DNA of 64,000 nt from a virus (Duplodnaviria; Caudoviricetes): IMG/VR virus record IMGVR_UViG_3300014039_000012, positions 64,001 to 128,000 of that record, one strand, 5' to 3'. Positions within the stretch are counted from its first letter, which is position 1. Each line of letters starts with the position of its first letter. Below the pieces are notes generated by a model. It saw only the letters and a program-made list of their open reading frames with translations, did not search any database and had not been told where the DNA came from. Made by a program: the position numbers and the translations under genes. Shown here one piece after another: positions 44,501 to 53,643 of this stretch.

Positions 44501-46756
44501 GAAGCACAAAAGGAAATTCTTGGTGACGATCACGCAATTCCGATGATTGCTTTTGGAACTTGCAAAAAGAAATCTGCGTTTAAGCTTTTTGCTCGTTCGC
44601 AAAATATGAATTTTGAACTGGCAAATACTATTTCTTCACAAATTGCGGATTATGAAGAAGCCGTTAAAAACGCAGAAGATGATGATAAAGACCAGATTGA
44701 TATTTACGATTTTGTAGATAAAAAATATGCCGATTACATTGAACAGAGTAAAAAATATTGGGGCATTATTATGGATAAAAAGAAAGCGCCATGCGCGTTT
44801 CTTCTTTACCGAGGCAATATTCGAGAAGAAATTGGTCTGATTAAATGTAAGTCGGAATCAACCGGCAAAGAGTGCATAACGGCCGTTGTAGACGGGGCAA
44901 TTGCAGAAAATTACAAATTCTTGAAAAACGACATTCTTTGCGTAAGTATTGTTCTTTTGGTGGATAAGATTTATCGAAGAATCGGAATTCCGCATAAAAC
45001 AGTCGAAGAACTAAAAGAGTTTGTTAAAAACGATCCAAAAACTTGGGACATTTATAAAAACGGATATACACTTGGAGTTAATCAGTGCGAACAAGCAAGT
45101 TCTGCGAAGAAAATGATGAAATTTAAGGCAAAAAACATTTCCGAACTTTCTGCGTGGATTGCCGCAATTCGCCCCGCCTTCAAGTCAATGTATTCAAAGT
45201 TTGAATCGAGAGAATCTTTTAGTTATGGAATTCCTGCTTTTGACAAACTTCTGCAAACAGAAGAACTTCCACAGTCTTGGATTTTGTATCAGGAGCAGTC
45301 GATGTCTGTTCTTTCATATGCCGGATTTCCGATGGACGAATGTTATGGGATCATAAAAGCAATTGCTAAAAAACACCCAGAGAAAGTTCGTCCGTTGAAA
45401 GATAGGTTTATCGAAGGATTCAAAAAAAGAATTATTACAGAAGAAGGAATTGAAGAAAATCAAGCGCAGGAAATGAGCGAGAGGGTTTGGCAAATCATCA
45501 ACGACTCTTGCGGTTACGGTAAACTTTGTTGCCGTATTAAAACCTACTTAACCACGCCAGTGGGTGTCCGCATAGCGGGCTAACGGAGAACTCTAAGTCT
45601 ATAAGATATGAGAATCCCGTGCTAATCGAAAGATGAGTGTAGAGGACATCGAAAGGATATTTTAATATTAAAGCTAGTATTAAAAAAGTAACCGAGTAGA
45701 GTAGAATGTGAGACGGGCACACGTTCCAAACAGTAGGGAGATTTTAGCAAAATCTCAAGATATGTTGCAATATAGTAACCAGTATGGAAACATACATCTA
45801 TATTGTTCAATTCTGCGCACGCATATTGTATGGCAATAGATAGTCTTTCTTGTGCAATGCTGAAAGCAAATTATCCATATGAATTTTATGAGGTGCTTCT
45901 ACAATTCCATTCCGATAGAGGAGAAAAAGACAAGGTTGGAGCCCTAAAAGCGGAAATGAAAAAAGCTTTTAGTATTCAAGAAGGTCCGTATCGATTTGGA
46001 GAAGATAACCGCAAATTCAACGCAATTCCGGAAAGAGGAATTATCCAACCGTCTCTTTTGTCAATTAAGGGACTGAGCCAAGATTTGGCAAATGATCTTT
46101 ATGAACTTTCGCAAACTAAAAAGTTTGATAATTTTATAGATCTGTTAAGAGAATTCGATCATATGAAATCGATGAACATTGCGAAGTTGGATACGTTGAT
46201 TAAACTCAACTATTTCTCTCAATTCGCCCCCATCGGAAAACTTCTGAACATCGTTGAACTCTATAACAAGTTCGGAACTCGTAAGACACTCAAAGAATCC
46301 GACGTTTCCGCCCTCCCCGCGCCCGTTCAGGAAGTTATCGCAAAATATACCACCAAGCCCAAAACGCAGTATAAAATCACGGATAACGATGGAATGCTTC
46401 GTGAGCTTGCAGAAATGGTCGGAGAACGTCCGATTACAATGATGATGCGTTTGTCGTGGGAAAAGGATTATTTGGGTTACTGCGCCTCTACCGATCCGTC
46501 ACAGCAAGGAAGTTGGCTCGTTCTGGATATCGATACGAAGTTCTCTCCGAAGTTGAGCATATATTCTATCTGGAGTGGAGAACAGCGTATCGTTAAAGTC
46601 TCGAAGCGTGACTTCCAATCAAATCCTCTCGCTAAAGGTGATACAATCCGTCTCACCATTGAACAACGTCCGAAGACAAAGCTCGTGGACGGACAATGGG
46701 TAAAAGACGAAAGCGTTAAAGAAGATTGGCTAAAATATTATTCAATTGTAAAATAA
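41570..46756 (+). CDS. dnaE: DNA polymerase III alpha subunit; exons 41570-44167, 44465-45520 and 45806-46756; contains an intein
   Basis: PHP domain NLHRHTSYS and DSHY; SGRG|S; PD|IDMN; ILYQEQ; GYG|FNSAH; about 1095 aa mature. Confidence 0.92.
42719..44035 (+). mobile_element. intein (439 aa) with LAGLIDADG endonuclease in dnaE
   Basis: Starts CFTSDA; block B CTKDH; WVGMMYGDG and LLKGLTITDG; VYDITV; ends VHN before Ser+1. Confidence 0.92.
44168..44464 (+). ncRNA. group I intron (297 nt, ORF-less), dnaE intron 1
   Basis: Exon ends GAU; P1 CGAT|TA/TAGTCG; P7 ACGACTA (44364)/TAGTCT (44408); terminal G; splicing restores PD-IDMN. Confidence 0.9.
45521..45805 (+). ncRNA. group I intron (285 nt, ORF-less), dnaE intron 2
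   Basis: P1 TACGGT/GCCGTA with U.G; P3 CCTACT/AGTAGG; P8 GAGATTTT/AAAATCTC; J8/7 AAGATA; terminal G; splicing restores GYG-FNSAH. Confidence 0.85.
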
Positions 46757-46767
46757 GGAGAAGATTT

Positions 46768-47064
46768 ATGGCAAAATATATTGATGCGGACAAAATCGAG
46801 TATAAGATAATTTCTTATCCGCGTTTTGATTTTTCTACGGGAATGGTTCGCAATGAAAAACTCGATGGTTTTTACGCCATCAAACAAGATATCGATGCTA
46901 TGCCTGTCGCAGACGTTCAGGAAGTCAGGCACGGAAAGTGGGATGAAATCAGAGACGGATATGGAAAACTTGAAGGTTGGATTCATAGAGAGTGCGGACG
47001 TATGTCGATGGGAAAAGATAAGTACTGCCCAAAGTGCGGTGCAAGGATGAACTTGGAGGATTAA
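46768..47064 (+). CDS. small Zn-ribbon phage protein
   Basis: MAKYIDAD...VRHGKW...YCPKCGARM. Confidence 0.7.
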   Translation: MAKYIDADKIEYKIISYPRFDFSTGMVRNEKLDGFYAIKQDIDAMPVADVQEVRHGKWDEIRDGYGKLEGWIHRECGRMSMGKDKYCPKCGARMNLED

Positions 47065-47065
47065 A

Positions 47066-47338
47066 ATGGATAATTATATTGATAGAAACGTCCTTTTGCA
47101 AGAATTAAACGAAGCGCAGATAGAAGGCGACGAATACTATAAAGGACTTGGAAAAGCAAAACTAATTTTATGCGAGCAACCCGATGTCGACGTAGAAGAA
47201 GCCAAGCATGGGAAATGGCTTCCATACAGATTTGGTCTGGGAGTAGTGAAGTGCTCAATTTGTGGAGCGGTATATGAAGGGGGAGACTCGTTCAGGTTTT
47301 GCCCGAAGTGCGGTGCGAAAATGAATTTGGAGGATTAA
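47066..47338 (+). CDS. small Zn-ribbon phage protein, paralog of the preceding gene
   Basis: YIDR...KHGKW...CSICG...FCPKCGAKM. Confidence 0.7.
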   Translation: MDNYIDRNVLLQELNEAQIEGDEYYKGLGKAKLILCEQPDVDVEEAKHGKWLPYRFGLGVVKCSICGAVYEGGDSFRFCPKCGAKMNLED

Positions 47339-47339
47339 A

Positions 47340-47609
47340 ATGGATAATCAGAAATTTGTAGAAGTTGCGAAAAAGGCTGTTGTAGATTATTTCAACAGCC
47401 ACAAAGAAATTACCGACGAAGGAAGACTGGTAGTAGAAGATGTCTATGTCGTATGGCTGTGTAAAACGCTTCAAAACAACAAGGCACTTCTCAGCACAAA
47501 TGTTTGGGATGGAATGTATTATGAAGTAACTTATAACGGCGATAAAGGCGAAATGTATCTGGATGCTTACAAGAAGTGGGATAATAAGTGTGTTAAAATC
47601 GAAGAGTAA
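47340..47609 (+). CDS. conserved phage protein (DUF6275-like)
   Basis: VYVVWLCKTLQNNKALLST..DGMYYEVTYNGDK.EMYLDAYKKW.N. Confidence 0.7.
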   Translation: MDNQKFVEVAKKAVVDYFNSHKEITDEGRLVVEDVYVVWLCKTLQNNKALLSTNVWDGMYYEVTYNGDKGEMYLDAYKKWDNKCVKIEE

Positions 47610-47644
47610 ACCTATAATTTTATTTTCAAAAGGAGCGAAATATT

Positions 47645-47893
47645 ATGGAATATAACAAAACTAAATTACCGCTCGTGTCTGGCAGAAAATACAACAACCT
47701 TCTAAAAGATTATGAAGATGTAGCCCATAAACTTGAAACTTTATTGCTTCAGACAACCGGGAAACTTTCAAAATCCACCTACTCACTTGAAGTGATGTTG
47801 TCTGAATCGATTCGGCACACAGAAGAACTGGTCGATGAAGCCGTTGAGAGAGCACTAAAAGAAGGTTTGGAGTCTGACGATGGCGCAAACTAA
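47645..47893 (+). CDS. hypothetical protein
   Basis: AAGGAG RBS. Confidence 0.55.
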   Translation: MEYNKTKLPLVSGRKYNNLLKDYEDVAHKLETLLLQTTGKLSKSTYSLEVMLSESIRHTEELVDEAVERALKEGLESDDGAN

Positions 47894-48917
47894 AAAACAA
47901 TATCAACAACCAAAATTCTCTTACTCTCGAACCGAGGTATATGAGAATTGCCCGTACCGATATTACCTTCAATATGTTAAAGGACATTATATTCCAGCTG
48001 TTGGGCTTGCGCTTTCTTTCGGGACGCTTGTCCATCTCATAAACCAAATTCAAACAGATACACTGCTTGCCGGAAAACCGATCGACTACCCTATGCTGAA
48101 AGATTATTTCCAAAATGTGAATATTCCAAAAAAGAACCCGAAGGACAAAGAGGGTGACATTTTCGGAACAAATATTCTTCGTCGGATGTTCCCCGATGAA
48201 TGGGATAATCTCGATAAAACAGGAAGAACATTTGAAGAGAAGACACAAGCGTTTCTTAGCAGAGGAATTTATCGGCAAGAAGAGTATCTTGCCGAACACC
48301 CTGAATTAAAACTTGTTGCCGCAGAAATGTCTTTTGAATATTACTTCGATAAGGTATTATTTACCGGTTCGATTGACCGCGTGCTTCAATATCGTGATGA
48401 TCCAAAACATTTCGTTATTCACGACCTGAAAACAAGTGCAGAAGCGTATGACGATAAGAAGCTTGCAAGTCCCAGACAAATGTGGGTGTATGTTGGGGCG
48501 CTGAAAGAAAAGTATGGTAAAGACATTCAAGTTGATTGTGAATACGAGTTTCCGATTGCCGAAGAAATGCGAGTCGCTGGAACAAAAGGATGGGAGAAAC
48601 GATGTGAAACCAAGATGAAAAAAATCTTGGACAGTATTTTCTCCGAAGAATGGAAGCCGTCTCCGTCACCGTTATGCGCTTGGTGTGCTTTCAGTAATAC
48701 AAATCCGAATCAGCCTCCTGCGGCTAAAAATCTTTGTCCATACTACAGTCTCTGGACTCCGCAAGAGAGATCGTTTGCGACAAAACTTCCGTGGCAAGGA
48801 ATCGAAATGGATGAAATTCAGCACAAGAAACTTGAACAGCTTGCAGCGCTGGACGATGAATTTGCTGATGAAATCGAAGCGGAAGCAAAAAAATCGGACG
48901 ACGATTGGGACCTCTAA
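47880..48917 (+). CDS. PD-(D/E)XK exonuclease, RecB/AddB/Cas4-like
   Basis: FSYS..CPY, GTLVH, GSIDRV, HDLKTS, QMWVY and C-terminal CAWC...CP Fe-S ligands. Confidence 0.8.
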   Translation: MAQTKKQYQQPKFSYSRTEVYENCPYRYYLQYVKGHYIPAVGLALSFGTLVHLINQIQTDTLLAGKPIDYPMLKDYFQNVNIPKKNPKDKEGDIFGTNILRRMFPDEWDNLDKTGRTFEEKTQAFLSRGIYRQEEYLAEHPELKLVAAEMSFEYYFDKVLFTGSIDRVLQYRDDPKHFVIHDLKTSAEAYDDKKLASPRQMWVYVGALKEKYGKDIQVDCEYEFPIAEEMRVAGTKGWEKRCETKMKKILDSIFSEEWKPSPSPLCAWCAFSNTNPNQPPAAKNLCPYYSLWTPQERSFATKLPWQGIEMDEIQHKKLEQLAALDDEFADEIEAEAKKSDDDWDL

Positions 48918-48938
48918 AATATTTTTGAAGAAATTTTT

Positions 48939-48976
48939 GAAAACCCCTTGACAAACGAGGGGTTTTCTGTTATAAT
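48939..48976 (+). promoter_or_regulatory. fused terminator hairpin / sigmaA promoter
   Basis: GAAAACCCCTTG-acaaa-CGAGGGGTTTTC; TTGACA 48948, TATAAT 48971. Confidence 0.85.
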
Positions 48977-49014
48977 AATACCAGAAGAAGAAAATCATTT
49001 TTGGGAGGTAAATT

Positions 49015-49254
49015 ATGAGCAGTGGAGTAAAACCGTGTCCGTTTTGTGGAAATCAGGTTTTCGTTGAAAAAATCCCTCTTTGGAGAACTCGCGGAGATGG
49101 AAGTACAAGTGGTTATTCTGGCTGTTACGAGTATGATATTCATTGTGATGAGTGCGGATGTCGCATAAAACTTCCCGGGAATGATACGGTTTATCGAAGT
49201 GATAAAAAGGCAAAAGAAAACGCCATCAATACTTGGAATAGGAGAGTTGAGTGA
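49015..49254 (+). CDS. Lar family restriction alleviation-like protein
   Basis: KPCPFCG...CDECG...AINTWNRR. Confidence 0.75.
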   Translation: MSSGVKPCPFCGNQVFVEKIPLWRTRGDGSTSGYSGCYEYDIHCDECGCRIKLPGNDTVYRSDKKAKENAINTWNRRVE

Positions 49255-49257
49255 AAA

Positions 49258-49752
49258 ATGAGTGAGAATTATATTGTAATCAATGGCAAGAGATCGGAAC
49301 TGACTGAAGAACAGTTGAAGGCGCTGGGAATTGAGACGAAAAAGAATCCGTTTGATAGAGTTGAAAAAGGGTGCGTGTATTATAGAATCACGGGATATGG
49401 TAAGGTCGATGACTATGTGGAAAGTAGTGACTATACCGATTTCAATCTTTATGCGAACAATAATTATTTCAACGACAAACAGTTCGCCCAGCAAGTAGCC
49501 CTCCACCAGTTGCTCTACCGTAAGCTGTTAAAGTTTGCGTATGACAATGGGTGTGAGGATACAGCGGAGTGGGGTTATCATAATCACCACTATACTGTTT
49601 ACTATGACAAAGAGTCAAATTGCTTTTGTATCGATGATCGGTATGTTTCTAAATATTTTGGAGTATATTTTGCGACACAAGAAGGCGCAAGCCGTGCAAT
49701 CGAAGAAGTAGTCGAACCGTTCATGAAAGAGCATCCTGATTTTGTGTGGTGA
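49258..49752 (+). CDS. hypothetical protein, paralog of 39288..39773
   Basis: Shares the motifs listed for its paralog. Confidence 0.7.
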   Translation: MSENYIVINGKRSELTEEQLKALGIETKKNPFDRVEKGCVYYRITGYGKVDDYVESSDYTDFNLYANNNYFNDKQFAQQVALHQLLYRKLLKFAYDNGCEDTAEWGYHNHHYTVYYDKESNCFCIDDRYVSKYFGVYFATQEGASRAIEEVVEPFMKEHPDFVW

Positions 49753-49760
49753 TAAAAGCT

Positions 49761-49979
49761 ATGAAGAAATATCTTTTATATGTAAGATACAGTCTTTCAG
49801 GTCTTGCTGTTTACGCCGTTGAAACGGATGACATTTTTCACGTTATTGGCAGAGCGCATTATTGTTCCGATGAACTTATCAAGACTTTCCAATTCGTTGA
49901 AGACGAACAGTTTCGCCGAGATTTCTGGAAAGAGCAAAACGTTAAAATCAGAGAATGCCCAAAGAAGTGGATAGAGTGA
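49761..49979 (+). CDS. hypothetical protein
   Basis: ORF in operon. Confidence 0.5.
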   Translation: MKKYLLYVRYSLSGLAVYAVETDDIFHVIGRAHYCSDELIKTFQFVEDEQFRRDFWKEQNVKIRECPKKWIE

Positions 49980-49990
49980 AAGGAGTTGCT

Positions 49991-50575
49991 ATGAAAAATC
50001 TTCTTGTTATTATTGATGCCCAAAATGATTTTATCGATGGTGTTTTAGGAACGCCGGAAGCTCGAAAAACCGTTCCGAACATCATTAAAAAGATGCGAGA
50101 ATATCAAATTGTTAACAACGGGTTTATAGAAGATGCTGATGAAAACGTGATTTTATTTACACAAGATACGCATTATGCGGCGACTTATGACGATTCTCCG
50201 GAGGGAAAGAAGCTTCCAATCAGACATTGTATCTACAAAACGCTTGGTTGGCAGATTAATCACGACATTACGTTGGAATATTACGGCGGAAATTATGCTC
50301 GTTTCGAGGACGGCTCTATCACAAATGGAAGAATTGTGAAAAACACTTTCGGTTCGATGAAGTTGATAGAAATCGCAAGAACTTGGTGCACGGAGAAGAT
50401 CGAGCTCGTTGGTTTCTGTACGGATATTTGCGTTATCTCAAATGCACTAATGTTAAAAGCAGCAATGCCAGAAATTCAGATTGTTGTTAATTCGTCTTGT
50501 TGTGCCGGAACAACTCCGAAAATGCACAAAGAGGCACTGGACGTTATGAAGTCTTGTCAGATTGATATTATCTAA
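49991..50575 (+). CDS. isochorismatase-family cysteine hydrolase (nicotinamidase/PncA-like)
   Basis: IIDAQNDFIDG, TQDTH, HC, KNTFGS and GFCTDICV motifs. Confidence 0.85.
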   Translation: MKNLLVIIDAQNDFIDGVLGTPEARKTVPNIIKKMREYQIVNNGFIEDADENVILFTQDTHYAATYDDSPEGKKLPIRHCIYKTLGWQINHDITLEYYGGNYARFEDGSITNGRIVKNTFGSMKLIEIARTWCTEKIELVGFCTDICVISNALMLKAAMPEIQIVVNSSCCAGTTPKMHKEALDVMKSCQIDII

Positions 50576-50602
50576 ATCACATAAACAAAAGGAGAAATTA
50601 TT

Positions 50603-50881
50603 ATGGAAACCACTATTACTTTTAAGGAACTGCTGAAGCGTTGGAAGGAAGAGGCTCACACCGAAAGGGGCATCACTCTTGTTTCAAAAAAAGGTAACAT
50701 CCTCGTTATCTGCACTCGTCATCCTGGTTGGTATATTGGAAAAGGCGGGGAACTGTGCGACAAGTATTTTCAAATGATTAAGAACGGCAAGACCGATAAA
50801 GGTGAAAGAATTACTCGCAGTCTGTTCGATGTTGGAGGGCTTGAGAAGATCGAATTTATCGAAACTTTCGATAAGATTTGA
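50603..50881 (+). CDS. small KH-type RNA-binding-like protein
   Basis: ICTRHPGWYIGKGG resembles the type II KH GxxG loop of ribosomal protein uS3. Confidence 0.5.
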   Translation: METTITFKELLKRWKEEAHTERGITLVSKKGNILVICTRHPGWYIGKGGELCDKYFQMIKNGKTDKGERITRSLFDVGGLEKIEFIETFDKI

Positions 50882-50894
50882 GGAGGGACAAAGA

Positions 50895-51137
50895 ATGACT
50901 AAAGCAGTAGAAAGAGTGAAGGAAGTAATTAAGAATAACATTGAAGACGCAATGTATGGGATTTTCGATTGCCGCAACAGCGTAGGAGATCCAATGGAAA
51001 CGCTCTACGAAGACAATGAAGTATGCGTTGACATTTGTTATAGATATAGATATTTTGAAGTGTTCGGTTTGAGCGAGGAAGAATTTGCCGAAGTAGAATC
51101 TTTTTATGTGCAACTTAATGAGGGCAGCAATGAATAA
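50895..51137 (+). CDS. hypothetical protein
   Basis: AGGAGG RBS. Confidence 0.55.
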   Translation: MTKAVERVKEVIKNNIEDAMYGIFDCRNSVGDPMETLYEDNEVCVDICYRYRYFEVFGLSEEEFAEVESFYVQLNEGSNE

Positions 51138-51453
51138 TTTATATACAAAAACATATTGTCAGAAATACGGCTTGTTTTGTGAGTCTGCTAATGAAAACGG
51201 ATATTGCAAAATGTCTGCGTGTTCGAGACGTTTGACCGACTTTGCGGAAGACAAACAACTGCGAACAAATTTCCGAATTGTTCATCGAAAAGATGGTATA
51301 TATGATTTATTCGATAGTATAAGTTGGCTTATGTCTCGTGGGTGTATTGATGATATTCTAAATTTTCTTTCGACATCAAGCAAGTATTCGGCAATCCGAA
51401 TCGTTTTTGAAGACAAAAGTATGGAGGTGGACAACAATGAGAAAACTTCGTAA
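51130..51453 (+). CDS. hypothetical protein
   Basis: Overlapping ORF in operon. Confidence 0.5.
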   Translation: MNNLYTKTYCQKYGLFCESANENGYCKMSACSRRLTDFAEDKQLRTNFRIVHRKDGIYDLFDSISWLMSRGCIDDILNFLSTSSKYSAIRIVFEDKSMEVDNNEKTS

Positions 51454-51742
51454 ATCAGAAATCGATAGAATTGTTAAAGAGAATTTGCGCCTTTCCAACG
51501 ACGAACTTCTTAACAAATATTTCGACCTCGTTTATCACGATTGTCTCGGCTCGCAAGCCGAACGGATGGAAGAAGCCGGTTGGGAAGAGAGCGACGTTAA
51601 AGAACGGCGCGAGTACGAAGATTATATGGGTTGTTATACTGATATTCTTGCGGGAATGTTACAGGAGCGTGGCATAGACCCGTGGAAAGATTATATTAAC
51701 GATTCGTCGAAAACCTGTATGAGTATTGTCAACGTAGATTAA
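51437..51742 (+). CDS. hypothetical protein
   Basis: GGAGG RBS. Confidence 0.55.
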   Translation: MRKLRKSEIDRIVKENLRLSNDELLNKYFDLVYHDCLGSQAERMEEAGWEESDVKERREYEDYMGCYTDILAGMLQERGIDPWKDYINDSSKTCMSIVNVD

Positions 51743-51757
51743 TGAGGATGATTAAAA

Positions 51758-52360
51758 ATGGGATATAGACACTATTTGTATGCGATTCCTAAAAAGCAAG
51801 TAGAAGAAATTCAGGCTTGTAAAACTGCCAGCGATTTAACAGAATTTGCAAAACGGCACGGTTACCCATATGACGAAGACGATGGTTGGCTTTCTCTCTA
51901 CAAAGTCGGAAAAGAGCTTTATGAACTTGGAAAGTATTCTGAAATTGGTTTCAAGCTTGAATCCGAAAGACCGTGTGTTTTTACGTCAGATGAGTTGAGA
52001 AGCGAATATACAGATTATGGATTCGCCCTCCTGACAAAAGATGATTTCAAGGCTGTTATTGAATTTTATCGACAAAAAATTATTGCTTGGTTCAAAAGTT
52101 TTCTTGAAATTAAAGACAGCAGTAAATTTTCAGAAGAATTTACCAAAGAACAATATCAATTAGAGGTGTTAAAGCAAGAAGCGCAAAACAAAATCGATTC
52201 TTGGAGTGGTAAGTATTTCGGAATTTCTCCAATTGATTTAGATGAGAACAAAGAACAAATCGCCGGCGACTGGTCGTATGAGTATGCGATTTTTGAATTG
52301 GTTCGACTGTATAAAATTTTTGACTGGGAAAACGACGAACTTGTTTTAATGGGGTGGTAA
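51758..52360 (+). CDS. hypothetical protein
   Basis: GAGGA RBS; 200 aa. Confidence 0.6.
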   Translation: MGYRHYLYAIPKKQVEEIQACKTASDLTEFAKRHGYPYDEDDGWLSLYKVGKELYELGKYSEIGFKLESERPCVFTSDELRSEYTDYGFALLTKDDFKAVIEFYRQKIIAWFKSFLEIKDSSKFSEEFTKEQYQLEVLKQEAQNKIDSWSGKYFGISPIDLDENKEQIAGDWSYEYAIFELVRLYKIFDWENDELVLMGW

Positions 52361-52363
52361 AAT

Positions 52364-52810
52364 ATGATTTATCGAGAAGAAGTTCGAGATCTTTTTTCCG
52401 TCCCGGAGGATTACTATCTCGCGCATTGTATTAGCGCTGATTTTGGTATGGGAAAGGGAATTGTCGTAGAATTCAACAAACGCTTCAATATGAAACGCAT
52501 TCTTCAATCAAAATATCCGGATTATGTCAACCAGTTTCATCGACAGAAGAGACTATTCGGTTGTATTCTTGAAGACCGTGTTTTCAACCTGATTACGAAA
52601 GAACGGTATTTTGAGAAACCAACATATGAGACGATGCTTGGCGCGTTGAGCGAAATGAAGGTTTTGTGTTGGCTTGAAAAGATTCGCAAAATCGCAATGC
52701 CGATAATCGGATGCGGGCTGGATGGACTGGAATGGGACAAGGTTTCTAAAATCGTTAAATATGTTTTTCAAGAAGAAGATATCGAAATTTTGGTTTGCCG
52801 GAAAGAGTAA
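52364..52810 (+). CDS. macrodomain protein (TARG1/DarG/Poa1p-like ADP-ribose hydrolase)
   Basis: DLF, LAHCISADFGMGKGI, VFNLITK and IAMPIIGCGLDGLEW motifs. Confidence 0.85.
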   Translation: MIYREEVRDLFSVPEDYYLAHCISADFGMGKGIVVEFNKRFNMKRILQSKYPDYVNQFHRQKRLFGCILEDRVFNLITKERYFEKPTYETMLGALSEMKVLCWLEKIRKIAMPIIGCGLDGLEWDKVSKIVKYVFQEEDIEILVCRKE

Positions 52811-52833
52811 AAAAAAATAAATAAAAATTTTTC

Positions 52834-52871
52834 AAAAGACTCTTGACAAAAGAGTCTTTTTGTGATATAAT
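52834..52871 (+). promoter_or_regulatory. fused terminator hairpin / sigmaA promoter
   Basis: AAAAGACTCTT-gacaa-AAGAGTCTTTTT; TTGACA 52843, TATAAT 52866. Confidence 0.85.
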
Positions 52872-52897
52872 AATAGCAGAGAGGATGGTGTTTATAT

Positions 52898-53422
52898 ATG
52901 AGATTATGGCACATTGATTTAATCCCGTATTTGCCGAAATCACAACTAATCGCACAATGGAGAGAACTTAATTCGATCTATAAGAAGCAAGACAATCATA
53001 TTCTGATCAACTATGTTTATAACTATGACAAAAAATATCTCCTGTATTATTCTAATCGTGTCTTGTTCGAAATGGAAAAGCGAGGAATTAAGGTTAAATC
53101 GTTTGAGAATTATTTTGATTATTTTTTGGGCGTCGGATATTCTGAATCGGAACAGCCGCTCCGGTTTATCGAGCACAACGATGAATATCTTCTCTGCAAT
53201 TATTATAATCTTTTGGAAAAATATCGGCGAGGGCAGAAAGATTTTTCGCAGGAAGAGTTTAAACGGTTGACCGATTTTGTCAACGGGAAAGAGAGCAAGG
53301 GCGTCGATGCTCTTTCAACAATTCACGATTTATGCATTGATTATGACGGTTTCAATACGGTCGATGGATTAAAATCGTTAATCGATGACATTCGAGCAAT
53401 TACGGAGGACAGCCTAAAATGA
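52898..53422 (+). CDS. pyrimidine dimer DNA glycosylase-like protein (DenV family)
   Basis: MRLWHIDLIPYLPKSQLIAQWRE...EMEKRG. Confidence 0.75.
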   Translation: MRLWHIDLIPYLPKSQLIAQWRELNSIYKKQDNHILINYVYNYDKKYLLYYSNRVLFEMEKRGIKVKSFENYFDYFLGVGYSESEQPLRFIEHNDEYLLCNYYNLLEKYRRGQKDFSQEEFKRLTDFVNGKESKGVDALSTIHDLCIDYDGFNTVDGLKSLIDDIRAITEDSLK

Positions 53423-53643
53423 AAGTTTGTATTTTCGTGTTTTCCATCGTGTTGGTTTTGATTGGATCAAAATGTTTTCCGGATTTCTTGACTGCTGTAT
53501 TTTTTCTAACGGCAATTATTTCTGGAACTTCGATGTTTTGCGATCAACGAAAGAAAAAATAAAATGAAAATATTAACAAAATTGTCATTTTATTCGCGAC
53601 AGAGCAATGGAATGAAAATTATTTGGGGGGGGGGTAAAAACAA

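Noticed and set aside
22340-45805. nrdD and dnaE as pseudogenes, or stop-codon reassignment
   Set aside because: The breaks are explained exactly by group I introns (U at the 5' site, P1, terminal G, restored motifs); other genes read through normally in code 11
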